Source: Candidatus Bathyarchaeota archaeon (lineage in GTDB: Archaea > Thermoproteota > Bathyarchaeia > Bathyarchaeales > Bathycorpusculaceae). Taken from it: 64,000 nucleotides of DNA. Position 1 is the first letter of the stretch. Each line of letters begins with the position of its first letter. Positions 9,349-20,270 of the stretch are shown here, in pieces. The position numbers and the translations under genes are program-made. The stretch spans positions 288,001 through 352,000 of the forward strand of contig CAWEPZ010000009.1 of NCBI GenBank assembly GCA_963811105.1. The letters are read 5' to 3'. Below the pieces are notes generated by a model. It was not told where the DNA came from. It was given only the letters and a program-made list of their open reading frames with translations, and searched no databases.

Positions 9349-10746
9349 TTGAATAGGAGAAATGGTCTTTTGGTTTCAGAAGAAAAAAAGAAATCCACAG
9401 TAGAGGATTTGCTTGCTAAGGCTAATAAACCCGCTCAGTTATCGCCTCCAATGCACCGTTTCTATGAAGGAAAAATGCAGGTTATCCCAAAATGCGTTAT
9501 TCGAAGTGTTGATGATTTTGCTATTTGGTATACTCCAGGCGTTGCTGCGCCCTGTAGAATGATTCAAGCTGATCCCGACAAGTCATTTGAGTTGACCAAC
9601 CGCTGGAATTATGTTGCAGTGGTTTCCGATGGAACACGCGTTTTAGGTTTAGGCGATATTGGCCCTGAGGCTGCATTGCCTGTAATGGAGGGCAAAGCGC
9701 TCTTGTTCAAATACTTAGGTGGAGTGGACGCGTTTCCAATTTGCTTGAGAACCAAAGATCCAGATGAGATAATTAGAATTTGTAAAGCTTTGGAGCCGTC
9801 GTTTGGTGGGATAAACCTTGAGGATATAGAAAAACCAAAGTGTTTTCATGTTCTTGAAAGCGCTCGTGAACAATTGAATATTCCTGTTTGGCATGATGAC
9901 CAGCAGGGAACCGCCACCGTAATTTTGGCTGGGCTGATGAATGCCTTCAAAATTGTAGGCAAGAAACCGCGGGAAAGCTTAATCACATTGGTTGGTTCGG
10001 GAGCAGCAAACATTCGAACTGCTTACGTGCTTATGAAATGGGGCGTTAAACCTGGAAATATAATTCTCGCTGACAGCAAAGGCGTAGTTTACAGAGATAG
10101 AAAAGACATAACCAAAGAAGACGACCCATGGAAATACGACGTTGCACAAAAAACTAATGGCGAGGATAGAACTGGCGACATTCAAGAGGCGTTCAAAGGG
10201 GTAGATGCAGTGGTTGCTGCTTCGAAGCCAGGTCCAAACACTATTAAGAAAGAATGGATTCAAACCATGGCTCAAGACTCTATTATTTTTGCCTGCGCTA
10301 ACCCGATTCCTGAAATCTGGCCGTGGGATGCACAGGAAGCAGGCGCCCGAATTGTAGCTACGGGAAGGAGCGACTTTCCAAACCAAGTAAATAATAGCCT
10401 TGGCTTTCCAGGTATTTTCAGAGGCGTTTTAGATGTTAAAGCGAAAACCGTTACTGATGACATGTGCATCGCAGCGGCGCAAGAGCTGGCAAATTACGCT
10501 GAAGAGAGGGGAATAAATGAGAATGATATTTTGCCGCGGATGGATGAGTGGGAAGTTTTCCCCAGAGAAGCTGTAGCATGCGCTTTGAAATCAATTGAGC
10601 AAGGAGTAGCACGAGTTAAGCCAAGCAAACAAGAACTGTATGAACGCGCGTCTGCCATAATTCAAAATGCTAGGCAATCAACTGAGTTACTGATGAAACA
10701 TGGTCTAATTAAGCAGCCTCCAAAAGAAAGCGACCTTCTGAAATAG
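9349..10746 (+). CDS. NAD(P)-dependent malic enzyme
   Basis: YTPGVA, SDGTRVLGLGDIG, PVMEGKALLFK, INLEDI, HDDQQGT and ATGRSDFPNQVNN motifs. Confidence 0.95.
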   Translation: MNRRNGLLVSEEKKKSTVEDLLAKANKPAQLSPPMHRFYEGKMQVIPKCVIRSVDDFAIWYTPGVAAPCRMIQADPDKSFELTNRWNYVAVVSDGTRVLGLGDIGPEAALPVMEGKALLFKYLGGVDAFPICLRTKDPDEIIRICKALEPSFGGINLEDIEKPKCFHVLESAREQLNIPVWHDDQQGTATVILAGLMNAFKIVGKKPRESLITLVGSGAANIRTAYVLMKWGVKPGNIILADSKGVVYRDRKDITKEDDPWKYDVAQKTNGEDRTGDIQEAFKGVDAVVAASKPGPNTIKKEWIQTMAQDSIIFACANPIPEIWPWDAQEAGARIVATGRSDFPNQVNNSLGFPGIFRGVLDVKAKTVTDDMCIAAAQELANYAEERGINENDILPRMDEWEVFPREAVACALKSIEQGVARVKPSKQELYERASAIIQNARQSTELLMKHGLIKQPPKESDLLK

Positions 10747-10888
10747 AATCGTACAACGAAATGTGCACTTTTTACTTAAAGAATTTGGCAAACTGTTGAA
10801 CACTGTAGGGAAAACTGTATGTGAAGATCTCACCAAGAAAACAGCCAAATGTCCAACGAAAACAAAATGAACTTTACAAAAAAAATAA

Positions 10889-11167
10889 TTATAGAGGAGT
10901 TAGTTGAGTCAATCTCACTATGTTTCTTTTTTCCAGTCGTCGCAGAGCATCAAGGCATTCATCTTTTTTCTCGCCAGTAATTTCAAGGTTCACCATAATT
11001 TCTTTAACTGAAACCCCAGATTTGCCGAAGTTTTCATGTCTTTTATAGAGGTGTCGAACAATAGATTTTTCGAGTTTGCCGCATCTCCAAGTGGTGTGCC
11101 GGATCAAAACAACGATGGTTTTCACAAGTGTTTGCTCGTTTGCTTTTCTTCCCCGAGAGTCGCCCAT
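10889..11167 (-). CDS. Hypothetical protein, winged-helix-like
   Basis: ATG preceded by a GGTGG RBS-like motif; C-terminal helix-turn-helix-like segment ending ALRRLEKRNIV. Confidence 0.55.
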   Translation of the reverse strand: MGDSRGRKANEQTLVKTIVVLIRHTTWRCGKLEKSIVRHLYKRHENFGKSGVSVKEIMVNLEITGEKKDECLDALRRLEKRNIVRLTQLTPL

Positions 11168-11259
11168 CTCTCCACCGCCTTTCCTACACGTCGGCATGGT
11201 TTTTAAACGTTTGTTCCCCAACGATTTAAGCGCTTTATTTTTAAGGAAGACAGTACTTT

Positions 11260-11709
11260 CTAAAGGTTTTTTTTGAGATACAATCCATGCTTTTTCCCGT
11301 AGTAATTTTCTAGTTTTCCCATTTTTTGGTATTCCCTGTTTTGGTACAGTTTCAAAGCAATTGAGTTGTCTTCCCTAACTTCCAATTGGCATTCAACTAT
11401 GCCTTTATGCTTAAGGATCTCTTCAATTTCTTTGAGCATCTTACTTCCAATTCCTTTACGGCGGTACATCGGAGGAACATTTAGGGTTATAATATGTCCA
11501 AAGAGCTTGTCACTTTCAATTTCTATCTGCGCTATTATGAATCCGGCAACTTCATTGTCTGCCTTTGCAACTAATGCGATAGTGTTGTAGTCAGTTAACA
11601 AATAGGCTATTTGCTGTTTTGAAAATGCTTCTTGATCAAAGCATTGATCTTCGATTTCAGAAAGCTTATCAAGCATCCGCATGGAAGCGGTTTCGATTTT
11701 TATTTCCAT
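11260..11709 (-). CDS. rimI: RimI/Ard1-like N-terminal acetyltransferase
   Basis: GHIITLNV.P.YRRKGIG, LEVREDN..A..LY and NYY motifs. Confidence 0.9.
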   Translation of the reverse strand: MEIKIETASMRMLDKLSEIEDQCFDQEAFSKQQIAYLLTDYNTIALVAKADNEVAGFIIAQIEIESDKLFGHIITLNVPPMYRRKGIGSKMLKEIEEILKHKGIVECQLEVREDNSIALKLYQNREYQKMGKLENYYGKKHGLYLKKNL

Positions 11710-11835
11710 TTTGTCGTCTTTAAGATCATTATGGTTGCCCTATCATTTTATTTTTTTCGGTCATTTCCCCTTCTGATATGCTTGGTTTTGGTTCTAACCG
11801 TTGTTATTTGCCTAAAGCCAATTGTTTTTTGTTCA

Positions 11836-12300
11836 TCACTTGCGCTTCTTAAAAAGTTGATCCCCCTACACCATAGCGTGAAACTAAAAGCCAACTTTCA
11901 CAAGCTTAATGGCTTCTTCCATTGTGTCCGCAACTCTATCGGTGAATCGGTCGATAGTTTCTTCATAAATCATTTCTTCTAAGTGAACGTATTTTTCTGC
12001 TGAACCTATGCGCTTGTGATATAGAATCATTTTTACATGCCAAGAGTCCTTAATTCGATGTTGCTTATGGTTCCCTTCCCAATGCCTAAAAGTTTGGAAA
12101 TAAATCAGTAATAGATTAGAGTTAACTTCTTTCTAGCTAAAGCCCCTTTTTGCAGGAAGAAGTTTGCTTTTACATGCTCAACATTTGCAAATATTTTTTC
12201 ATTTGTTCTTGGTAGATTGCAAAGCATATCAAAGGTCTTAGCCGACGAGCGTGTTCGGCTGTTGCTTCACTTCTCGGCTTTAATCCTATACTTCAACTGT
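11836..12300 (-). pseudogene. Decayed tyrosine recombinase/integrase (catalytic and C-terminal part)
   Basis: IKAEK*SNSR...DMLCNLPRTNEKIF...YFQTFRHW...WHVKMILYHK...EKYVHLEE...EEAIKLVKVGF*...FKKRK with stops and frameshifts; may extend to ~12600. Confidence 0.8.
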
Positions 12301-12926
12301 GCAAAGTATTTGATCTTCCAACATAAGTACCAACATCTTATTATCTTTTACAATATTCGACGCTCAGGATTTCTTATACAATTCCCAGACTTCATCATCG
12401 TTTTCGATTGTCACCAAAGCTTACTCACCTTCGTTAATCTTTGAGAACAAGTTCTCAATTTCATGGTTAAATCTGCAAAGGCGGTCGTGTGTTTAGCGGG
12501 ACCTTCTTGGTTTTCGATTTCTTGAAGTCTTTAGCAAGAATGGTTTTAACTACTCGCTTTCAATAACATTAGCATCCATTAACGAAGAATTTGCAGGGTT
12601 TGTGCTTCTACGACCCTCGAAATAGCCCTCTTTGTTTCTAGCGCTTATTGTATTTAGGAATGAGTACTCCAAAAAAGAAGGGGAAAAGTCAGTTTCGGCC
12701 TAAAAGTGTACAGAGAAAAGAGGGTCCGATTGGAATTGAACCCAATTGGAGAACGAAGTTGCTTTCAAGAAAAGAAAAGGATGTTCTGAGGAACAGCATA
12801 ATTGCGCTTCTGGAGAATCAATTCCTGTCGGACTTTTCGATAATTCGTATAAAGTAGCTTACTCAACTGGTAAATGTCAGCCCTATCATTCAAATTTAAA
12901 TAATGTGGGTATCTTAAATAACTGTT

Positions 12927-14024
12927 TTAATCTATTTGAGGATCCTGCGTTGCCTTTCCGATATCTTTTTCGTTGCTTGTGGCGGCAATAGGTTGATTTT
13001 TGCCCAACAAAATTCCGACGCCTGCAAACTGAAAAGTTACGTAGCCAACAACAAGTTTGAACCAAAGAGTAATCACGCGGGTTAACAACGTTACGGAGAA
13101 ACTGACAGCTAGCGGAATCAGAAGAACTTGGTATGCCGTAGTCATGATGATTTCTGTTAATCCAACAAAAGATACACCGACCGACGCCAAAGTGCCTGTT
13201 AAGGCGTACACTATGAGCACTCGGTCCACAGGAATGGGATAACCCAGCGATGCAAAGACGAAAAACACGACAAAAACGTCGAATGCCACGCTCAAAAGAT
13301 AGAAAACAGTAGGACGTATCAAAGCTCTCTTTTCAGACTTCAAAGTATCAATGCCTCTGTGGAATATGTTTAGGAATTTTTCCGCCTCCTCCCGAAACTG
13401 AGCTTCGTTGAAGCGGGACCGCAAAAAGAAAGACAACAAGGGAATCAGAAACCTGTTAAGCACAGCTTTTGTGGACTTGACCCTTGAACTCATAAAATAC
13501 ACAACCAAAAAAGATGCAACGGACAATATTACAACTATACCGAAGAAAACCACTACCTGCTGCGGTAGAACATAGTTAACTGCAAAAAGCCCAAAACCCA
13601 ATATCAAAAGAAAAACGGTAACTGCCATGCCAATGATTTTTTGGCTAACCACCGAAGCCACGGTCTTGCCCACATCCCCATCAGACTTTTTGCTAAGCAT
13701 ATACGCTTTCGATATGTCTCCTGACCACCCAGGCTCAGGAAGAGTAGCATCGAAAAAGTAGCCTGCCCACGTCAAAATCACGGTTCTACGAATGCTGGTT
13801 TGAACCTTGAGATTACCCAGCAGGCTGTGCCATGTTAAAGCAGAAAAGAAGGTGGCAACGATAAATGCGACAAACGCAGACGTATAGAAGTAAATATTCG
13901 CCTGCCTGATTACGTCCACGAAGTTGCCTGTGCCAACGTAATAGTTTAAGTAAAAAATGAAAACAACTAACCCAATAACCGCAAACAGGATAATTCTTTT
14001 TAACTGCAGTGATTTCAGCGCCAT
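12927..14024 (-). CDS. Lysylphosphatidylglycerol synthase TM-domain (flippase-like) protein
   Basis: Multi-TM; W..LL, P...SGD..KAY and VGLTE motifs. Confidence 0.85.
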   Translation of the reverse strand: MALKSLQLKRIILFAVIGLVVFIFYLNYYVGTGNFVDVIRQANIYFYTSAFVAFIVATFFSALTWHSLLGNLKVQTSIRRTVILTWAGYFFDATLPEPGWSGDISKAYMLSKKSDGDVGKTVASVVSQKIIGMAVTVFLLILGFGLFAVNYVLPQQVVVFFGIVVILSVASFLVVYFMSSRVKSTKAVLNRFLIPLLSFFLRSRFNEAQFREEAEKFLNIFHRGIDTLKSEKRALIRPTVFYLLSVAFDVFVVFFVFASLGYPIPVDRVLIVYALTGTLASVGVSFVGLTEIIMTTAYQVLLIPLAVSFSVTLLTRVITLWFKLVVGYVTFQFAGVGILLGKNQPIAATSNEKDIGKATQDPQID

Positions 14025-14661
14025 GATGAAGCGAACCTTTTGCTATCCCATTGGAGATTCGCAGTTAAATCTCTATTTCTAAAAAAGCCCTCATTTGGTT
14101 TATTGATTCTTAAATCTTAAATTCAAGTCAGAACATAATTGTTTCAGAAAGAAGATAATTGCTTTGTATTGACTACGGATGACGATTTCAAAGACCCAAA
14201 AAAATGCCAAGCTTAGTTGCCTTTCCTATTTCATTCAGGTCAGGACCAATCTTGCTATGAAGAGCATTGAATCTTTCAGGATTCTGCCTCTTGACTTACT
14301 CAACACCGTTACGAAACGCATATGGACTTTCCAGCTTTTCTCGTTTCGGTTCTACATTTGCAAATAAGCAAAAAATTATTCTTGCCCCGACCAAAACTCG
14401 CTAAAGATTAAGCCTCTTTAAGATAAAGTTAAAACTTTTTTAACCATGATATACTTTAGAGAACGTCAACTTGTTTGCGGAAACAAGAATAACAAAAAAG
14501 CAAGAATATGCAGGTGTTGGCGAATCAACTCGCAAATCCAACACTGAGCAAGACGATCCTAAATATGCTAAATTTTTTGAGACCGATCAATTGAAACAAA
14601 TTTAATTCGTTAGCAACCTTTTAATCTAATTACGGCTCTAACGTAAAAAAGGTAAACGAAA

Positions 14662-16434
14662 TTGAACGACGACATCAAATGTTCAAAACCTGAATGCGAC
14701 AAATTCACTGCAATTAACGAGTTAGCAAAACGTAGAGGATTTTTCTGGCCGTCATTTGAAATTTATGGAGGCAGCGGGGGCTTTGTAACGTATGGTCCTC
14801 TTGGAACACGGTTAAAACAGAATATTGAAGCTAAACTTAGAGAACTTTTTGTTAAGAAAATCGGCATTTACGAAATGGAATCATCAGTCATTGCGCCAAG
14901 CAAAGTCTTTGAAGCTTCGGGTCATGTAGACCATTTTAAGGAGCCTATGGTTGAGTGTCAAAACTGTCACAACCGATTCCGCGCTGATCATTTGCTTGAA
15001 GAAAAAGGTGTGAGTTCGGCTGAAGCGGAAAAAATGACTTTGGATGAAATTAGAGAAGAAATTAAGAGGCATGAGGTTGTGTGCCCTGACTGCGGCGGAA
15101 GATTTGGCGAACCTCAGCGTTATTTGACAATGTTTGAAACAACAATTGGCCCATACTCAGGGGCGGTTGGGTATGGAAGACCTGAGGCTGCACAGAACAT
15201 TTTCGTAGAATTTAACAGGCTCTATACCGCTGCAAGAGAGAGACTGCCCTTCGGCGTCATCCAAATCGGCCATGCATTGCGTAATGAGATTTCGCCAAGG
15301 CAAGGCTTGATACGTTTAAGAGAATTCACAATTTCAGATTTAGAATTTTTCTTCGATCCCCAAGAACCAAGGTGTAATTTGCTTGGGGAAGTTGAAAACG
15401 AAGTATTGTCCATCCTTCTATGCGAAACCAGGCTGAAGGAGTGTGAGGACACAACTGACATGACAGTGAGAGAAGCGCTTGACCGAAAAGTAATCCGTTC
15501 AGAATGGCAAGCGTTCTTTATGGCTATGGCAAAAAAACTCCTAGTTGACCTTGGTGTACCAGCAAATAAACAGCGCTTCATTGAAAAGCTCTCATGGGAG
15601 AAAGCTCATTATTCAAGCCAAAGCTTTGATCAAGAAGTCCTTGTTGACCGTTGGGGCTGGGTAGAAGTTTCAGGTCACGCATACCGCACTGACTATGACT
15701 TATCATGCCATATGAAAGCAAGCGGCGTAGACATGACCGTTTACAAAGAATACCCTAACCCAGTAGAAAAAGAAGAACTTACTGTTAAGCCAAATATGGC
15801 TAAACTTGGACCAGTGTACAAGGGTGAAGCGGGAAAAGTGGCCGCACTGCTATCTAAGGTTCCTGCGCAAGAAGTTGCAGACGCCATCCAAGAACAAGGT
15901 TCCTTTATGGTTGACAAATACGAGATAAAACAAGACCAAGTAGATATTAGTCGCCAAAAAAAAATTGTTCGCGGTACACGATTCGTGCCCCACGTTGTGG
16001 AACCCAGTTTTGGCTCTGACAGGCTCTTTTACGTAGCCTTGGAGTACGCTTATGGAATAAAGAACGACCGCGTTGTTATGAGTTTTCCAAGAAGCATTGC
16101 ACCAATTCAAGTTGGTGTATATCCGTTAATGAATAAAGATGGCTTAGACGAAAAAGCAAAAACAGTGCAAATAATTTTGGCGAAAGAGGGTTTCATGTCT
16201 GAATCTGATGAAACAGGCTCAATTGGCAGACGGTATGCAAGGGCTGATGAGGCAGGTGTGCAATTAGGAATAACCATAGATTATGATACCTTGAAAGATG
16301 ATACTGTAACCATACGTGACCGAGACAGCTGGATGCAGGTTCGCGCTTCAATCAAAGATCTACCAAAACTTATGCACGCTTACTTCCAGGAAAAACTTAA
16401 CTTTACAGGTTTAGGAAAACTAATTGAAAAATAG
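14662..16434 (+). CDS. glyS: Glycine--tRNA ligase (archaeal/eukaryotic alpha2 type)
   Basis: RRGFFWPSFEIYGG, ASGHVDHF, RPEAAQ, RNEISPRQGLIRLREF, PHVVEPSFG.DR and GSIGRRYAR motifs. Confidence 0.97.
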   Translation: MNDDIKCSKPECDKFTAINELAKRRGFFWPSFEIYGGSGGFVTYGPLGTRLKQNIEAKLRELFVKKIGIYEMESSVIAPSKVFEASGHVDHFKEPMVECQNCHNRFRADHLLEEKGVSSAEAEKMTLDEIREEIKRHEVVCPDCGGRFGEPQRYLTMFETTIGPYSGAVGYGRPEAAQNIFVEFNRLYTAARERLPFGVIQIGHALRNEISPRQGLIRLREFTISDLEFFFDPQEPRCNLLGEVENEVLSILLCETRLKECEDTTDMTVREALDRKVIRSEWQAFFMAMAKKLLVDLGVPANKQRFIEKLSWEKAHYSSQSFDQEVLVDRWGWVEVSGHAYRTDYDLSCHMKASGVDMTVYKEYPNPVEKEELTVKPNMAKLGPVYKGEAGKVAALLSKVPAQEVADAIQEQGSFMVDKYEIKQDQVDISRQKKIVRGTRFVPHVVEPSFGSDRLFYVALEYAYGIKNDRVVMSFPRSIAPIQVGVYPLMNKDGLDEKAKTVQIILAKEGFMSESDETGSIGRRYARADEAGVQLGITIDYDTLKDDTVTIRDRDSWMQVRASIKDLPKLMHAYFQEKLNFTGLGKLIEK

Positions 16435-16493
16435 GTAGCTACCTTTTTTAATACACACACGCATAAAATATTAGAAAATTAGACATCATTATT

Positions 16494-17168
16494 GTGGAGA
16501 GAGACAGAGTGGTACTTCCGTCAGAAACAGAAGAACGCGTTAAACGAAGAGCCCTAAATGCTTGCAATGATAACTTGCGCAAAGTCGTAGATGTATCGAG
16601 AAAAATTCCTCAGCTTGTTGAGTATTTTGCTGTCGGTGATAAGGAAAACGCAAGAAAGCTCTTCAGCGAAATCAGATTAGGCGAAGAAGAAGTTGTCAAG
16701 GCACGACGCATGGTTTCTCAAGAGTTAGCTGAAATAGGCGCTATTTTGATTGCCCGCGAAGACTTCTTTAGATTCACAAATTTATCAAGTGAAATAGCCG
16801 ACTTTTCCGAAGGTATTGCTTACTATTTAGTTGAGATTATGGATCACAACTGGAATATTCCGCCAGAAGTCAAAAAGGACCTGCTTAAGCTTTCTTTAGC
16901 GGTCTTGGACTCAGTGATTAAACTGAGAGAAACAATGATGGTTCTAAATTATGGGTCACAAAAAACATTGGAAAAAGCCAAAGACGTAGAAATCGCTGAA
17001 CGCATAGTTGACGATCAGTACAGAGCCTTGAGCATCAAAATTCTTAGCGGAAAACTTGATGTCCCAGCACTTTTGCTTCTGCGAGATGTACTTCAATTGT
17101 TGGAAAACTCCGCAGACAAAGCTGAGGACGCCGCTGACGCCGCGCGAATGCTTTCGTTCATAATGTAG
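16494..17168 (+). CDS. DUF47/PhoU-like helical protein
   Basis: Two helical-bundle repeats; REDF, E...D and LE..AD.AED.AD motifs. Confidence 0.8.
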   Translation: MERDRVVLPSETEERVKRRALNACNDNLRKVVDVSRKIPQLVEYFAVGDKENARKLFSEIRLGEEEVVKARRMVSQELAEIGAILIAREDFFRFTNLSSEIADFSEGIAYYLVEIMDHNWNIPPEVKKDLLKLSLAVLDSVIKLRETMMVLNYGSQKTLEKAKDVEIAERIVDDQYRALSIKILSGKLDVPALLLLRDVLQLLENSADKAEDAADAARMLSFIM

Positions 17169-17184
17169 CTAAGAGCCGACTTTA

Positions 17185-17739
17185 ATGCCAAAAACAAAAG
17201 TGAAACTCATCGAGAACTTCTTAGTAGTGTGGGATTTCGCTGAAGGCTCCGAACTCTACAAGGCAGGATATTACGGTAAACCTCTCGGGATCCCCAAACC
17301 AAAAATCCCCGAGTTCGATGCACCGTTAATTTTGGATTTAATGGAAGGCTTATACCTGCTCGAAAACAAAAAAATTGAAATTTACGAGCAATCCAACGAA
17401 AAAAAAGTCAGCCTTACAAAGCTTAAACAAAAAGCTAAACAGTTATACGACGAATTTGAAGAAAAATATGCAGTCTACCATGACCTAAGGGATAGCAACT
17501 TAATTGTTACGCCCGGAATAAAGTTTGGGTGCGACTTTGCAGTTTACAAATATGGCCCAGGTGTAGAACATGCCCCGTACACTGTGTCGGTGAAGAAGGC
17601 AGGCTCAGACATCACAGCCACAGAAATTGTTAAAGCCGGACGTTTAGCGACCACCGTGAGAAAACGGTTCATTATTGCTGTGCCAGATTTGGCTTCGAAT
17701 AAAGTGCAGTATTTGATTTTTAAATGGTTCAAAGCTTAG
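17185..17739 (+). CDS. endA: tRNA-splicing endonuclease, catalytic subunit
   Basis: LDLMEGLYL, VY.DLR, GIKFGCDFAVY..GPG..HA and TTVRK (Tyr/His/Lys triad). Confidence 0.93.
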   Translation: MPKTKVKLIENFLVVWDFAEGSELYKAGYYGKPLGIPKPKIPEFDAPLILDLMEGLYLLENKKIEIYEQSNEKKVSLTKLKQKAKQLYDEFEEKYAVYHDLRDSNLIVTPGIKFGCDFAVYKYGPGVEHAPYTVSVKKAGSDITATEIVKAGRLATTVRKRFIIAVPDLASNKVQYLIFKWFKA

Positions 17740-18262
17740 CATTAAAACATGCAAGCATTCGAAAAGGGATAGTCTTTCCAAAATATTTGACCCGGTTAAT
17801 CTTATTTGGAAAAAATAAACCTAATACTAATTTGCACATTTTGAACCGTTGCTAACGCTCAACACAATTGAAGTTACTGTACTTTTCGCGCCTTAATCTT
17901 CATAATTTTTGTTTTTCAGAACATCCCTAAATGTATCTATATCTGAAGCCGAAACAAGCGTGACTTAGTAAAATTTCCCCTTTGCCTCGTAGAGTTTCCA
18001 TTCGAATCTATTTTAGGAAGTGCTTCAAACTTCATCAATAGGACACCTCGATGAAAATGTTTACAAATCAATATAATTCATGCATTAACACACCGGCAAA
18101 ATGGCATAATCTCCTCAAGCCCCATTGTTTAAGGTAAGTATTGTATTCTCATATGAGCTTTCCCACTCGTTTTTATCAGAAAATCAATTCAAAGAATTGG
18201 GCCAAAACCTGATATGTGATGCTGCAAAATGTTTATACGGTTGTTTATTGATTTTCGAAGTG

Positions 18263-18697
18263 ATGCCATCTGTAAAAGATTTTATGACAACGAACGTTAT
18301 TACTATTGATATTCAGAAAACTGTGCTTGAGGCAGCTAAGCTAATGCATCAGCAAGATGTGGGTGATCTCGTTGTAATGGATGGCAATGTAGCTAAAGGA
18401 ATTATTACGGAAAGAGATTTAGTTAGAAGGGTGATGGCACAGAAAAAACCGTTTGATGCCAAGGTCTCTGAGGTAATGTCAGATCCGCTAATAACAATCG
18501 ACGAAGATTCTTCACTCAGAGCAGCCGCAAGGACAATGATCAAGTACAAAATCAGAAGACTACCCGTTACAAAGGAAGACGAATTGGTCGGTATAATAGC
18601 TACTTCAGATTTTGCTCGACATCTCAGCAAAAAAAGCTTCAGTGAAGTAATGCTCGCTGCAATGACCCGGTATCCATTAGCCGACCCTAGCCGATGA
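18263..18697 (+). CDS. CBS-domain pair protein
   Basis: VKDFMT..V.T, GIITERD, V.EVMS.PL.T, IRRLPV and GII..SD motifs; start moved from 18125 to the ATG at 18263. Confidence 0.9.
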   Translation: MPSVKDFMTTNVITIDIQKTVLEAAKLMHQQDVGDLVVMDGNVAKGIITERDLVRRVMAQKKPFDAKVSEVMSDPLITIDEDSSLRAAARTMIKYKIRRLPVTKEDELVGIIATSDFARHLSKKSFSEVMLAAMTRYPLADPSR

Positions 18698-18794
18698 GCC
18701 AATCAAAAATTGAGAATATCGAGATAATTGCCCATAAATAGGGAAAATCATCTTCTCATTGAATTATAGTTTTCTTTTGATTTATGACTTCAAT

Positions 18795-20093
18795 TTAGTT
18801 TGCTATGATTGTTTGGTTTTGGAATTCTCCGCGGACATACTGATGCGGATAAATCTTTGTCGCCACAAGAGAACAGCCTTCCTCCAATTTTACGTCGTCA
18901 CCTATTACTGACACAGCGCTTATTTTTGTCTGATTACGCTGGCTTGAACCAATAACCACATGTCTACCGATTATGCTGTCGTAAACCTCGGCATTTTCTC
19001 CAATTATCACCCTATCCATGACTGCTGAGTTGGCAATCACAGCGTTTTTGCCTACTCTCGTAAAATTGTCAATACATGAATCCACTATTCTTGCTCCATC
19101 ACCTATTTCGCAGTGTCTACCAATCAAAACAGCGCCTTCTAGAATGATTTTCTTTAGCTTTATCTTCTGAATAATTTCTAAACGACGTTTTTCTGAGTCA
19201 CCGCTTTCCCCTTGAACCCAAATTTGACTTCCTTCTTTGAGTCTTTCACCGAAATCGCTGAGGGTGCAGAAGTTGCCACGTAGAAGGTTTTTCATTGCCT
19301 CCAAATAGCTTTTAGGCGTACCTACATCAAACCAGTTGCCTTTCAGTGTGTAACCATAAACTGGGCGTCCAGTCTGAATGACGTACGGGATAAAGTCATA
19401 ACCGAAGTCTAATCGGTTTTTTTCCTTTATAATTTGTTGAATGCCTTTTTCCTTGAAAATCTTTCTTACTTCGGGCGATAGTATATACAAGCCTGTATTT
19501 GCAAGGTTGCTTGGAGCATCTTTAGGCAGAGGCTTCTCGACAAACCGTTTTATGCGTCCATCCTTGTCAATATCTGCGATACCTAAGCCTTCCACATTAT
19601 CAACTTCCCGCAACACGATGGTTAAGGCAGCGCATTTTTCCTTGTGATAATCAATCAGGCTCTTGACCTTAATGTCAAAGATGTTGTCCCCCTGTACTGC
19701 AAAAACTGGGTTGTTGAGTTCATAGTACTCCATGTTTATTCTAGCAGAATCTGCACTCCCTAAATCCTCAACATTGGGTTGATATTTTATGTGAATTCGT
19801 GGCTTAATGTTGTAGCGCGCGGAAAATCCGTAGCCTGACTCAAAATAATCAAACAGATCACGATAGTTGGTATAACCTTTAACCCCAAAGATGAAGTTTC
19901 GTAAGCCTTGACTCGCCAACGATAGAAGGGCAAACTCGACCAACGGCCTGTTCAACAATCGTAAACAGGCTTTGCTTGTTTCAGCCGTTAATGGCAGAAG
20001 GCGTGTTGCTTTTCCGCCTACTGGAATGATTACTCTTATTTTGTCAGGAGAGTAATTATCTCCTACTAAGGGCGCGTAATTTTCGCTCAACAT
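18795..20093 (-). CDS. NDP-sugar synthase (nucleotidyltransferase plus left-handed beta-helix)
   Basis: GGKATRLLPLT...K, QGDN, FVEKP, ANTGLY and WFDVGTP motifs; hexapeptide repeats. Confidence 0.9.
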   Translation of the reverse strand: MLSENYAPLVGDNYSPDKIRVIIPVGGKATRLLPLTAETSKACLRLLNRPLVEFALLSLASQGLRNFIFGVKGYTNYRDLFDYFESGYGFSARYNIKPRIHIKYQPNVEDLGSADSARINMEYYELNNPVFAVQGDNIFDIKVKSLIDYHKEKCAALTIVLREVDNVEGLGIADIDKDGRIKRFVEKPLPKDAPSNLANTGLYILSPEVRKIFKEKGIQQIIKEKNRLDFGYDFIPYVIQTGRPVYGYTLKGNWFDVGTPKSYLEAMKNLLRGNFCTLSDFGERLKEGSQIWVQGESGDSEKRRLEIIQKIKLKKIILEGAVLIGRHCEIGDGARIVDSCIDNFTRVGKNAVIANSAVMDRVIIGENAEVYDSIIGRHVVIGSSQRNQTKISAVSVIGDDVKLEEGCSLVATKIYPHQYVRGEFQNQTIIAN

Positions 20094-20270
20094 TCCACCA
20101 CAAACACTATTTTTGATTAAGGATTAGGTTGTCTGCTAATCTTTTAATGTTTCCGAAAACATTTTTGGCTATACTTACTTTTCAACCGCTTATCTATCCC
20201 GGAAAGTAGCCTAAGTCAATTTGATATAAGGTTTATACGTTTTGTTGATTAGACTTAACTGTGAAAATGG

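Noticed and set aside
14170-14380. Possible decayed minus-strand gene
   Set aside because: Protein-like stretches are present but no family could be recognised.
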